Assembly (NCBI RefSeq): GCF_006345805.1
Contig: NC_043003.1
Location: 77,128,001-77,192,000, forward strand
Length of the DNA: 64,000 nt
Reading direction: 5' to 3'
From: Octopus sinensis
Taxonomy: Eukaryota
The translations under genes and the position numbers were made by a program. Position 1 is the first letter of the stretch. The number at the start of each line of letters is the position of its first letter. The notes under the pieces are model-generated. The model worked only from the letters and a program-made list of their open reading frames with translations, made no database searches and was not told the origin of the DNA. This document shows positions 11,100 to 24,076 of the stretch, piece by piece.

Positions 11100-12100
11100 T
11101 AGACACGACACTCGTTTGTCATACCCTTTATACTCTTATTCTTTTCATCTTGATTCTCTTCCTCCCACTCTCTCAGTATTTCTCTTTTCTTTTAGTTCAC
11201 TATTTATTCCCTTGTTATCTTACACAGTTGTCTTTCCTCCTCCTTCTCCTCCTCCTCCTCCTCTTCTGCCACCACTAACGACCTCTTCTTCAACACAGTT
11301 ACTTCAGTCCTTCTGTCTCTCCAAAGACGTCTTTCTCTTTTTTTCTACTTCACTTTTCTTTTTCTCATCCCACTTCTTATTTATTTCATCGTTATCTCCT
11401 CCTCCTCCTCTTTCTCCTCCTTCTCTTCCTCCTCCTTTCGACTATTCCTCATTTGGTCATCAATCACGGTATTCTCTCTGCTTCTTCCTTTCTTTTTTTT
11501 TTTTTATACCTGCGTCATCCTCATTTGCATATTCAACCGCTTCTCACGTTTCAAAACCACGCCTCCTTATCTACCTTTTTTTTTCTTCCGCTTTCTACTT
11601 CCTCTCCAACCACTCTCTAGCACTCTCACAGACTCCTTACGTTGTTGTTGTTATTGTTGTTATTCTTCTTCTTCTTCTCCTTCTTCTCCTCCTTCTTCTT
11701 CTTCTTCGGTTTCTTTATACGTGTTTTATTTCTTCTCCTTCTCCTTCTCTAGTCTGACCACCTATTATTCAATCCGTTTTTGAAATCTCGCGTCCGCCCC
11801 CTAATTCTACCTTACATCACCACACCATCTTCTCCACCAACACCCTCTTTTTCTATTCCTTGTTCGCAACCATTTATCTTTTCTCTTCCTCTGCCTCTCT
11901 TACTCCGACTCTAAACTCTCCCCTCTCTTCCTGTCTCTCTCCCTCTCTCTCTTTTTCTCCTCTCTCTCTTCCTCTCTTGTTATGTATCTCACTCTCACTG
12001 GTGCTTTCCCCTCCTAAACTTCCAATCTAATTTTAGTCTCCTTTCTCTTCTCCGTACCTCCTACTACTGCTGTCTCACTCATCCTCTCCTCCCACCTTCA
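11100..12100 (+). repeat. pyrimidine-rich low-complexity tract (CT, CCT, CTT)
   Basis: Strong C/T bias on the plus strand. Confidence 0.85.
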
Positions 12101-12334
12101 CATATCCAGTACTGGATAAGTGAAGCGGGGCGGAGGAACGTATGGGAGAGACAAAAGTCATGTTATCTCTATATTCCATGTATGTAAAATTGTATCTTAG
12201 TTTTGTGTTCCAACCCCACGCAACCTTCTTTGGTAAAGTGTTCAGAAATAACCTTGTGGTATTTCGTTAAGTTCAAATCTTACCCAGGCTGACTTTTACT
12301 TTCACCACTCCGATGTCAATACATTAAATATACT

Positions 12335-12640
12335 TTTCTACTCTAGGCACAAGACCCGAAATTTTGGGGGATGCGGCCAGTCCCCTGTACCTAACTGGTA
12401 CTTAATTTATCGACCCCGAAAGGATGAAAGGCAAAGTCGACCTCGGCGGAATTTGAACACATTTTAAAATATTCCCTTCTACTCAAGGCATAAAGCCTGA
12501 AATTTTGGGGGAGGGGGCCAGTCGATTAGATCGACCCCAATATGCAACTGGTACTTAATTTATCGACCCCGAAAGGCTAAGAGGCAAAGTCGACCTCGGC
12601 GGAATTTGAACTCAGAACGTAAAAACAGACGAAATACCCC
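12335..12640 (-). mobile_element. two partial copies of tRNA-derived SINE family A
   Basis: Core CGACCCCGAAAGGATGAAAGGCAAAGTCGACCTCGGCGGAATTTGAACTC; the reverse complement has a B box (GAGTTCAAATTCC). Confidence 0.9.
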
Positions 12641-12892
12641 TTAATACATTAAATATTGCGGCAAGTTACTAAGGACGTAGCCCAAAGATATATTATGTCC
12701 GTACGGAGATAAATTCTCGGTACGTTGGTGGTATACACCCTAGGATGGTAAATCACTCCATCACTCGATGATAGTTAGTACTTTTGCATTTTCCCATAGT
12801 TTTTCTCCATGCATAGGATGGTAAGTCTATGCATAGATTGTTTAAACTCTATAGACTTCACTTCCTCCCCTCTTGTTAATACCCATCTGAGT

Positions 12893-13133
12893 CAGTGTTT
12901 ATCAATCAGTTTTTGCCTATGGAGCCCTTTGATTCCTATTTTACTCGGATGGACCCTCACAGCCATTGAATGATTTTAAAATCCTATTATATTTTTATAA
13001 TTAAATGTGTTTAGGAATTGTATTAAAAAAAGGAAATTATTTTGTGTATAACCAAATTATTGTCCATAAATTTTAACAACAAAAACTCATATAAACCCCC
13101 AAGGGCCATATGAACCCCAGTTTCGAAACATTC
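12893..13133. mobile_element. hAT-type MITE relic
   Basis: Left end CAGTGTTTATCAATC; right end reverse complement GAATGTTTCGAAACTGGGGTTCATATG, sharing GGGGTTCATATG with the element at 13346. Confidence 0.5.
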
Positions 13134-13345
13134 ATCTAAATTCTAGTGTAATGCAATTTCAGGGCTCAGTTTCTCATTAGCAACAGACTCATCAAATTCT
13201 CAACATCCTCTTTATGGTTTGCGGAAACATTTTATCACACACTTTTTACAAAGAAATTCCATGTTGCTTCTTAAATCTTTAAAGTTAGTCTTCATTATTA
13301 ATTCAAAGATATTCTAATCTTAGTTTTATTTGGAATATCTTAAAC

Positions 13346-13696
13346 CACTCGTTCTCAACCGGGGTTCATATGTTCCTCTGAGGCTTCGTATACGATTTTG
13401 GGGTGTCCACGCGACAAAATAGTAAATTAGTGATCCACAATAGCATTTTAAGGGCCCTTGAAAATAATTTTGCTTTAAATATATGTATTGGTATTTATTG
13501 GAAGAAACAGCTAGGTTTCTTTCTTTAACATTTTATATAGTTCAACCTACACAAGCTAATGTGTGAAAGACAAAATAGGAATTTTGAAAGAAATTTCTTT
13601 AAAACTAGTTTTTAAACATTGGATGGTTATTGAGATCCATCAGAATGAAATAGTAACCAAAGGGGTCCATAGATGGAAAATGGCTGAGAACCCCTG
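13346..13696. mobile_element. hAT (Charlie-like) non-autonomous MITE
   Basis: Imperfect TIRs CACTCGTTCTCAACC / GGCTGAGAACCCCTG, with TTAAAC directly repeated on both flanks (13340-13345, 13697-13702). Confidence 0.7.
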
Positions 13697-14104
13697 TTAA
13701 ACAATTGCTTTGGCATTGTACTCGACAAGTTCTCACCGTCATTTTAACACAAACGAAATCACTCTATCACTCGATTATGCTCAATACGTTTACAATCTCT
13801 CATAGTTTGTCTCCTACTCGTTTGCTTCTTGGAATCGCTATTGCTGTAGCAGTAGCGTACCTGGAGAGGGGCGATGGGCTTAGGCACTTTCGATTCTGTA
13901 ATATAAGCCTGTATTGGGGATGAAGGTGGAAAACACAAGATCTGCTTCAGCGATATACACACTTGCTTTGCCACTGCTCTATAGAATATCAAAATGTTTT
14001 CTCCATACTTCTTTATATCACAAGTATTTAACTTATCAATTCTTTAGATATCTCACAGTCTCCCCCCAAATGCATCGTGTTCTAGATTTTTTTCAACAAT
14101 TTGA

Positions 14105-14930
14105 CTTTGCACTGTATCAATAATATTAGTTTCAAATTTTGGCACAGGGTCAGCAATTTTGGAGTAAGGAGTAAGTCAATTACATTGACCCCCACTACTC
14201 AACAGGTATTTATTTCATCAGCCCCCGAAAGGATGAAAGACAAAGTCGAGCTCGGTAGAATTTGAACTCAGAAAGTGAAAACAGACGAAATGCCGCTAAG
14301 CATCTTATCCGGCGTGCTAACGATTCTTATTTCTTTATTGCCCACAAGGGGCTAAACATAGAGGGGACAAACAAGGAAAGACAAACGGATTAAGTCGATT
14401 ACATCGATCCCAGTGCGTAACTGGTTCTTAATTTATCGACCCCGAAAGGATGAAGGGCAAAGTTGAACTCGGCGGAATTTGAACTCAGAACGTAGCGGCA
14501 GACGAAATACCTATTTCTTTACTACGTACAAGGGGTTAAATACAGAGAGGACAAACAAGGACAGACAAACGGATTAAGTCGATTATATCGACCCCAGTGC
14601 GTAACTGGTACTTAATTTATCGACCCCGAAAGGATGAAAGGCAAAGTCGACCTCAGCGGAATTTGAACTCAGAACGTAACGGCATACAAAATACCTATTT
14701 CTTTACAACCCACAAGGGGGCTAAACACAGAGGGGACAAACAAGGACACACAAACGGATTAAGTCGATTATATCGACCCCGGTGCGTAACTGGTACTTAT
14801 TTAATCGACCCTGAAAGGATGAAAGGCAAAGTCGACCTCAGCGGAATTTTAACTAAGAACGTAGCGGCAGACGAAATACGGCTACGCATTTCGCCTAGCA
14901 TACTAACGTTTCTGCCAGCTCGCCGCCTTA
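14105..14930 (-). mobile_element. SINE family A cluster: one copy plus a head-to-tail array of three ~182-bp units
   Basis: Full tRNA-like head (GGCGGCGAGCTGGCAGAAACGTTAG, A and B boxes) only at the 14930 end; internal units are truncated at (G/A)AAATACC. Confidence 0.92.
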
Positions 14931-16148
14931 CCTGTATCGATAATATTAATTGGTGCTTGGGTTTCGCATTGCCACTGAGAAGTGAGCACTTGTCATTTAC
15001 CATAGATCTTATTTGTGAAATAAGGTGGAGGAAAACTGTGGGGGAGCGTTTGGATACATTTCACCTGTAATTCCTTGTATCACTCTTTTCACATATTATA
15101 TTACGCTGATACAACCCGAGGCTCACGTCAAGCGAGTACGCATCTGTAAAATACTCAAGCATTTACCAATTTAATGAGAAGCAAGTTCAGTTGTTCACAC
15201 AACTGAATACTTATCATCGAAACTGACATAGGAACTAACATTATATATACGTGTGTGTTTGTGTGTATGTGTTTGTATGCATGTTCACGCACGCGTATAT
15301 GTGTGTCCGTGTATTTGTTTCTCTGTGCGTGTGTGTATGTATGTGTGTGTTTATGAATTTGTGCCCTGAAATCAAATCAATAATTTCGTTTAGGTCGTGA
15401 AGTACAAAATATTTTGCCAATTAACTATTTGCAGACTAACCCGGCGGTTACGGCAGCTATTGTTATTGCCGTTGTTATTGTCGTTAGTAATGGCAGGGGC
15501 AAGGGTGATGTTGTTGCTAAAGTAGTAGTAGTAGTAGTAGTAGTAGTAATTGTTGTTGTTGTTGTTGTCGTCGGTGGTGGTTGTGGTGGCGGTTGTAATC
15601 GTCGTCGTAATGCTGCCGGCGTTAATGAAATTGATGGTGGCGATGGTGGTGGTGGTGACAGTGGTATGAGGATGAGATTCAACAACGTCGACGATGGGGA
15701 AGGTTGTGATATAAACTGTTTGTATATTCTCCTTGTCGTCTTTAAAAATCAGAAGCATCTGTTGGATAGACACAGATACACTGCTTGGATAAGTTATATA
15801 GCCATTACTGGAACGACTTCAATTTCAAACTTGCTTTATAAAGGCTGATAAGAATTAAACAACGATTAAATGTTTTTTAGCCTTAGTTTTTTGTTTTAAT
15901 AAGTAAGATAAATGTGATTAAAATATCGCAAGAAAGAATCGCAAAACGGATTCTCCAAGCCGAGCCAACCGGAAGGATACTTATGAATGGACCAAGAACG
16001 AGATTGTTGGATAATATCTATTGTCTCGGTTGGTTACGCTTGGAAACACAGCAGGTAAAATGTAAAGGCGTTTGCTTTTGACAGGACCCTATGAATGAGG
16101 AGAACTTTACAACCCATGATCCCCTCAGAAATAGTGGACGGAGAAGAT

Positions 16149-16186
16149 GGATGAATGGATGGATGGATGGATGGACGGACGGACGG

Positions 16187-16222
<36 letters not shown>

Positions 16223-16235
16223 ATGGATGGATGGA
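16149..16235 (+). repeat. (GATG)n microsatellite
   Basis: Tandem GATG/GACG units. Confidence 0.95.
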
Positions 16236-16863
16236 TTAATGGACGGGTAAATGGAGAGGCGAGCTTGGTCTCTGCAGATTTGTGATGCTAATGTAGCTAA
16301 CGTAAAGTTAACCACATTAAATATCACTAATAAATGAATGAAACAGAAACAGGTGGAGCCAGTGGTCCGAATGCTGGTATCAGAGTAAACTCCGAATGCG
16401 ATTTTACAGTTGGTGGTGGTGTTTCTGTTTTTGTTTAGCTCCATTTTAGCCTTAATCCGGAAGGCATATGATCAAAGGGCGTGATTTGATGGATAATCAA
16501 GCAGGTTAAAGGTTGACTACGTATTAAAATAGTGATTAACTTATAAATCGGATTTATGATGAAGATCGATACAGAGAGTCACCAAAACAATGTTGGTCAA
16601 GTCGTTACAATAAAAATAACCTATTTCAGTTGAAATGACATCTTTTTACATAAACGATGCTATGGTTCCCAGTTAACTAGGTGTTCCTGGGGAATGTCAC
16701 ATTATTTTAAATTATTTTAGATTACCTAAACAGTGAACAATTTATTCGCCAAAATCCCGTTATACTATTGCTGTCAGTTATTCTAAGTTCTGCTAAACAG
16801 GAATCAGATGAGTTTCATTAGTGTTATGTCGCAATAATACACAGTTGCTGTGTGAGCTACGAA

Positions 16864-17034
16864 ATCCTCGCCGCCACTGTTATATCGCACGTTCGGATGA
16901 CTTCTACTCAACTCCTACCTCACTCTATTCTGTTCTAGTTTACTCTGACTGCTACTCCTGACATCTAGGCTTCTCCCTCTATATCTACGTATTGGGCTAG
17001 CCTACTTCATCGTCTGGGGGCGTCCACACAACAA
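16864..17034 (-). mobile_element. Ty3/Gypsy-type LTR (157 bp) with primer-binding site, no recognisable coding region
   Basis: Minus strand TGTTGTG...ATATAACA (17034 to 16878) followed after 1 nt by TGGCGGCGAGGAT, 12/13 complementary to the 3' end of eukaryotic tRNA-Ser(GCT); termini resemble the LTR at 63230-63462. Confidence 0.65.
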
Positions 17035-17484
17035 TTAGACAACTTCTTCACTCCTGAGTAAAGGTAAGTTTTATGAAGACCAACAGGTGTGTTTTGAGTT
17101 TGTTGTTATATGTATTTACATACTATTTGCGGGATGGATGGCTTTATGTGCGCAAGTATGTTTACATGGAAAGGAGTTATTTACTGTTTAGTCTTCAGAT
17201 TTGCTGTAACTGCGATCCCCCTTATGTTTAATCAGGTTGAGTGTTAAGGGGTGAGAGTTAAGTAAGTCAAATAGTTACTGGGATTGGTTCAATCCATTGA
17301 TACAAGCTTACTTCAAGCAACAGACTACATTTTAAAAGGTTAGATGGATATTATCAGTGTTATTTGTGCTGCATTATGGCCTGATGATGCAGTAAACTCT
17401 AACGTTCATAGTAATCATGTGATGAGTGACAACCACTAAGAATAATTCATTTGCTATAAGGTATATATATAATAAGAGAATATT

Positions 17485-17630
17485 GATTTCAAATTTTGGC
17501 ACAAGGCCAGCTATTTCAAGGGAAGCGAAGTCGATTACATCATCCCAGTGCTCAACTAGAAGAAATTTTCTAGACCTCGATAGGATGAAAGGCAAAGTTT
17601 AACTCGGCAGAAATTGGACTCAGAGCGTAT
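17485..17630 (-). mobile_element. SINE family A, degenerate
   Basis: TTTCAAATTTTGGCACAAGGCC...GGATGAAAGGCAAAG...GGACTCAGA. Confidence 0.8.
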
Positions 17631-18029
17631 AGAAAGTTCAACCTGATATTTATGGACACTGTTATTTCATTAGCCGATTCTTAAAATGAAAGCGACATCT
17701 CTGAAGACGGCAAAATGTACAATCGAGAAGTTCTAGAGATTCAGTTTACTCTGATATAATTGAAAATGAAGTAGATTCCAAATTCCTTAAGTTCTTCATC
17801 CTCATACACATACACACATACACACACACACATGTACAAACACACATACACAAATATATATCTTATATATGTACATAGTTTATATGTATGTGTGTGCGTG
17901 TATGTGTGTGCGTGTGTGTGTGAGTGTGTATAAATATCCATATATATACAAACGCACACTCACGCTTGCACACACGGACACAGAATGAAAGAGAAAGAAG
18001 GAGGTATAGGCATATTTGAGCAGGCAGAG

Positions 18030-18054
18030 AGACAGACAGACAAGGCAGACAAAC

Positions 18055-18125
<71 letters not shown>

Positions 18126-18134
18126 CAGATAGAC

Positions 18135-18213
<79 letters not shown>

Positions 18214-18230
18214 AAGGTAGATAGATAGAA
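18030..18230 (+). repeat. (GACA)n/(GATA)n microsatellite
   Basis: Visible tandem units. Confidence 0.97.
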
Positions 18231-19486
18231 AGTAAAAACTCGGTTTCTTAGGAAATTTCCATCCAATACCATTTGTATACATTATATACAACTATATTAT
18301 ACATGTGTGTGTGTGTATGTGTGTCTGTGTTTTCTTTAGTGTGTGAATGAAATAACCCTATTTTATATACAAAACATTAAAAAACTGAATTTGTTTCTTT
18401 TTATGATTTTGTAACTAGGATTTCAATGTAAGTAAAATAAAAGTTAACATTGTTCTGTTGTTGTTTTCGTTGTTCCTACTGTTCTTCTTATTCTTCTTAA
18501 TATCTTGTAACCATATTTTGCATTTATAAAGACTTTTTTTTTATTTCTTATCTTTTTGTATTAATTTTTTGAATTTTTTTTTTTTTTTGAATTAGAAATA
18601 CATTCTATGAATCTTTCAATCAAACTTCCATGTCTTTACAATCACACAGAACAACAAAACAATAATAAAAAAAAAAGCAAAACAAAAAAATAAATAACCG
18701 TCGGTATACAAAATAAAAATGGACGAAATATTATTGGCGGCCATCTTCTTTGAATATACTTAAATCATCATTGTATTCTCAAGTGTATGTGTATGTGTGT
18801 GTATGCGTTCACTGTGCGTGTATATAACCGAGTTTGTGCTTTATCATTTGTGTCTAGATGTGTTTGCGTGCTTTTGTGCTTGAATATATATTTCTGCGTA
18901 CGGATGTGTATATGTGCGCCGTCTAATGTATACGCATGTATATGTATACGTATGCTTGCTCTTGTGCTTGCGTGTATGTGTATTTAGAGTGTTTCCAAAT
19001 TTATTTTTCATTTAGAAATATCTAAAGCAAACGCAAAGTAAAATTTCTGAACTTAACAATATATATGGTTTTCTTCCTAGTATACTTACATGGGTGCGTG
19101 TGTATGTATGCCTGTGTGCGTGTGTGTGTGTGTGTACGCATACATAATTACATATGCATACACATAGATGTACAAGCAAGTGCATATACATACATATACA
19201 TTACACGCGCACACACGCGCGCGCACATACACACATATGTATGAAGGAAAATCCATATTGCCCGCTCATTTTTCTTCCCTCCTCCGCTTTAGTTCATTTC
19301 TACTTCTGAATGTTTCTTCAACTGCTTTACATTGTATTTCTATTTTTCTCCATTTTTTAGCTCTCCTAGTTTTACTTTAAATAAATATGTCTGAAATGTA
19401 TAACTTCAATGTACGTATATATGTGTATGCGTGCATGCGTGTGTACGTGTATGCATGTATGCATACATATGTGTCTTTGTGTTTAC

Positions 19487-19540
<54 letters not shown>

Positions 19541-19608
19541 ATGCGTGTTTCAGTATGTGTATTTATATACGCGTGTGTATATGCGTGTTTAAGTATATAT
19601 ATATATAT

Positions 19609-19642
<34 letters not shown>

Positions 19643-20383
19643 ATAGATACATCCACATACATGTGTATGTGTGTATGTATTTCATATATATGTATGTACA
19701 TGTGTGTATATATATGTATATGTGTACCTGTATTACATTGTAAACAAGACTATGTCCCAATTTTATTCTTTTCACTGGAGTTCGTTTGGAACAATCAAGT
19801 TCCTAAATTTACTTCTCATTGATGTTCCCAGACTGTTTCAGCCTCGCCACGAACATATAGCGTGAAGAACTCTAATACATGATGGTATATTTGTAGGAAT
19901 CCAGCGCCTGATCGTGTTCTCTGCAAGCAATCAGCTCTCTCATACTCTTCCTTTCATCTCAAATCCGAGAAACCATGCTGATATGGTTTGTTCTGAAGAT
20001 TCGCTTTCAAGTAATATTGCTTGTTTTAGGACGCTTTCCTTTAAAAACCCTTTCGGAAAAATACTCATAGTTTTTTTGGGGTTTTTTTCTTGCAGTTGTT
20101 TAAAACGTATCACGTACTTACATTAATACTTGTCTTTTCTCATGATGAGACACCTTGTTAAACGATATTCATTCGTATTATCCAACCGAAAGGATTATTA
20201 AATTATGCTTGACTGAATCACTTCTCACAACCGGACTTTATCGACTTTATAAGGATGAATGCCATTTAGAAAGAGAACCTTTTTCCATAGACTGAAATTT
20301 AGTTGAGCTTATCATTTTCAGGTTGCATCGGTAGAACATGACAGAACTCAGTCAAAGAGATTTGGAAGCTTCTACGAGGTCAG

Positions 20384-20648
20384 TTTGTTTGTTCCTTCTC
20401 GAACCACGCCTGGCTCATAAGGGCCGGTTTCCCGGTTTCCTTGGCGTATAGGTTCCCCACTTGGAGGAGACGCCAGTCCGTCGCAGGTGAGCTGCAAGAT
20501 GCAGGTGAAAAGAGTGAGAGAAAGTTGTGGTGAAAGAGTCAGCAGAAGATTGCCATTACCTTCTGCCGGAGACGCGTGAAGCTTAGGTGTTTCACTCATA
20601 AATACACACATCGCCCGATCTGAGATTCGAAATCGCGATCCTTCGATC
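20384..20648 (-). mobile_element. tRNA-derived SINE family C (head truncated)
   Basis: High similarity to the complete copy at 38760-39054. Confidence 0.85.
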
Positions 20649-21529
20649 TATTGGATAAATTTACTCTTGAGTATTTTAAAATATTTTATGTAATTTTGGT
20701 AAATATATCTGTTAAAATGAGATGTCAGTGTTATTTTCATTTTTGCGTAATGTAGATGACAGTTTGTTCATCTCACCCTGTATGTATACGCAAGAGAATA
20801 AAGGAACGGAAGAGGGAAAGGAAGAGAGAGACTATTTAATCATACGGAAAACACAATAACTAAATGACTACTCTTTGTTATGAATTTATGTGCGTCAATT
20901 AAAAAACAGGAAGAATGGATCTTGAATTATCACATAAAGAAAATATGAAACGTTTTCCACAAGTTACCTCCGGAGTTCATCTTGATATTTTCGTTATTAT
21001 ACACCTCGTCAGCCGATGTTGAACTAAAAACATATACTTGCTAACGGTGTATATTGAATCAAGTTGGAGAAGAGCAATAAGTTTGAACTCAGTTTTATTG
21101 AGATACAAAAATTATGATATGCGACCAGAAGATGATCTGCCATGAAAGAAAGGGAAGAAAATCTACTTCACGAAACTCTGCTACAAAAATTATGTAGTTT
21201 GTTTTTTACAAGCCGCCTTTTAAGCAGTAAAAGTGTGACTAAGCGCGGAATTTAGTAAGACTAAGTGTTATGTTTCATTATGAATGTACACACGTGGAGT
21301 TTCTCGTATGTGAGGAATGTGGTTAAGTATGCAAATGTTACACTGACCGCTGTAAAATTTACAACTACGTTGGCAGAAGTACATCCAATTAAAACGCATG
21401 CATAAATGTATCACATCTGTAATAAAACCCGTGACGCGTAAACAGACCACAAAAATATTTTTCTAATCGTTAGTGATAGTAATACTCGTTCAACGAATGG
21501 TCACCCTCCATATACGTTTGAATGTAAGT

Positions 21530-21675
21530 ATGCATGGATGTATGTATGCATGCATGTATGTATGTACATTTGAATGTGTAAGTGTATGTATTATATATGT
21601 ACGTATGTATATGTGTATGTATGTACGTATGTATGTGTATGCGTGTACATGTATGTGTGTATGTATATATGTATG

Positions 21676-21709
<34 letters not shown>

Positions 21710-21902
21710 TGTATGTATGTATGTATGTACGTACGTATGTATGTATGTATATATGTATGTACGTATGCATGTATGTGTATGCGTATGTATGTATGTACGA
21801 ATGTATTTATGTATGTATATATATATATATTATGTATGTATGTATGTATGTATGTATGTATGTATGTATGTATGTATGTATGTATTATGTATGTATGTAT
21901 GC
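21530..21902 (+). repeat. (TATG)n microsatellite
   Basis: Visible tandem units. Confidence 0.96.
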
Positions 21903-22663
21903 AGATGTTTCTTTTTAAAACATGACAGCATCTTCGAAGCTATTTAGTAATGTAAGTAAAATTTAATGAAATATTGATAGATGAGATTCTGATGTAATAT
22001 TTTCACTGTGTACAATAAAAGAATAAAAAACACAGAGTACAATTAATGATGTAGCAATATCGCTGAAACTTGAAAAAAGATAGTAGCAAGTGAGAGCTGT
22101 TTTTGTCGTTTTGCGGGGGAGGGGTTGAGAAACAAGCTTTGTATTTTCTATACAATGACATTACACTGCATGAAATCTATTCAGTATCCAGTTGTCCTAT
22201 TTTTCTGTTGTGTATAATTCTAAGTGTTGGGATCACTGTCTTGTACAAAATGTTGATTTTAGAATTTAAACACTCTATCAAGGAGCTTTTGTATACCAAT
22301 TAATCAAAGTTTTTATCTTCCTCTATTACATAAGAGACACCCTATCGTATATTATATTTGTAGAACACACTGCTGGAGTATTTTCACTTTGCTTACATTG
22401 CTGATTTAGCATCACCACATTTCCCCTATTTCGATATTGGTCACTCTTAGTTTCGCCAACTTAGTAGTATAGGATTTGTTTGACTAACACATGCAATGAG
22501 AATGTTTTAGTCTAAGACTGAAACATGCTCACTGCTTCAATTTAGAGACTTTAAAGACCAGGATCGTTCCAATATCTATTACAAAGAGTGTCCAAATAAT
22601 CTGTTTGGAACAATAAGCAAAAGGAGTTATCTTCCCTAGGTTATTGTTTATTGTTTAAATACC

Positions 22664-22852
22664 TATTTCTTTACTACCCACAAGGGGCTAAACACAGAAG
22701 AGACAAACAAGGACAGACAAACGGATTAAGTCGATTATATCGACCCCAGTGCGTAACTAGTACTTATTTAATCGACCCCGAAACGTAACAGCAGACGAAA
22801 TACCGCTGAGCATTTCGCCCGGCGTGCTAACGTTTCTGCCTGCTCGCCGCCT
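22664..22852 (-). mobile_element. SINE family A copy with a 17-bp target-site duplication
   Basis: TTTATTGTTTAAATACC at 22647-22663 and 22853-22869; full head GGCGGCGAGCAGGCAG; internal deletion. Confidence 0.9.
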
Positions 22853-23084
22853 TTTATTGTTTAAATACCACTTGTAAGGAAGGTTTTCTATTAATTACTT
22901 GCATGAACAAATTGTATTTTGTATCCAAAACGCATCTTTCAGTTATTTTTCATAGCCATAACATTAAGTAAAATAAATGACAAGAAAACACGAGTTAGGC
23001 AAAATCGACAATAATTTACTCTTAATTTATGGGGCTGTACGACGAACTTGTGTCCAGACAGAGAGCGACCACGCCAATAACAAT

Positions 23085-23370
23085 AATCCTTTCTATTATA
23101 GTGACAAGGCCTGAAATTTGGTGGGAGGGGTTAGTCAATTACGCCGACCCCAGTACTCGACTTACATTTATTTTATCAACCCCAAAGTATGAAAGGCTAA
23201 GTCAACCTCGGTGGAATTTGAACTCAGAACCATAAAACCTGACGAAATGCTGTTAAACATTTTGTAGGGCGTGCTAACGATTCTCAAAGCTCGCTAATCC
23301 TTTCTACTATAGGAACGAGGCCTGTGCTTTTGGGTGAGGGAGCAAATCGATTACATCGATGCCAATAGCA
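23085..23370 (-). mobile_element. SINE family A, one copy plus a 3' fragment
   Basis: CCTTTCTATTATAGTGACAAGGCCTGAAATTTGG...GGAATTTGAACTCAGAAC. Confidence 0.82.
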
Positions 23371-23815
23371 CAGATTTGCTTGTCAGCTGTTTGACCTTAA
23401 CCAGTTGAGCAAGTCACTTAGTGGCTGGCGATATCTGCATCTCTGATCACGAGTAAAAGTAGTGGGTGGGGGTAACATTACCATGTGTTGAGAGGAATTC
23501 TTTAGTGTTTCGATAATTTACTTTTGAAAACATGGGTGTTTCGTTCAGCATATTTTAAGAACCTTTATTCAGGGATCTTTTGAGCAGGATGGGTTACTTG
23601 TCCTGAAGAAAATTCTAACTGGGCCCCACCTGCAATGTCATGCGCTGTTAATCTTGATATGAGATCACCATGTCGCGTATATATGGTTGTGATGCATGTA
23701 CCTGGTGTGCCATTATCAGACGGGTACTCATGATGAGTATACTGGGCTTCGTATATTTTACTTCAGTGACACTTTGATGGCATGTACTGCTCTCTCACTC
23801 AATAATAATAATAAT
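23371..23815 (+). mobile_element. repeat family D: (AAT)n-tailed, 5'-variable non-LTR-type 3' end
   Basis: Second copy at 39880-40145 starts at a different point but ends at the same CTCTCTCACTCAAT-(AAT)n junction. Confidence 0.65.
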
Positions 23816-24045
23816 GGTTTCAAATTTTGCCACAAGAGCAGCCATTTTGAGGGATGAGATGAGTCGATGTAATCGACCCCAGTGTTCAATTGGTGCTTAA
23901 TCTATCGACCTCGAAAGGATGAAAGGCAAAGTCGACTTCAAGGGATTTTGAACTCAGAACGGAGCAACGGGTGAAATACTGCTAAGCATTTTTCCCGGCG
24001 TGCTAACGATTCTCCAGCTCGACGCCGTAATAATAATAATAATAA

Positions 24046-24076
<31 letters not shown>

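Noticed and set aside
11116-11757. 213-aa S/L/F/P-rich ORF
   Set aside because: Product of the CT-rich tract, which rarely generates stops; no domain.
17055-17069. Consensus donor AAG|GTAAGT next to the LTR
   Set aside because: No open frame or acceptor supports an exon; isolated donors occur by chance.
17695-17745. CTGAAGA suggesting another hammerhead core
   Set aside because: No stem II or GAAA closure follows.
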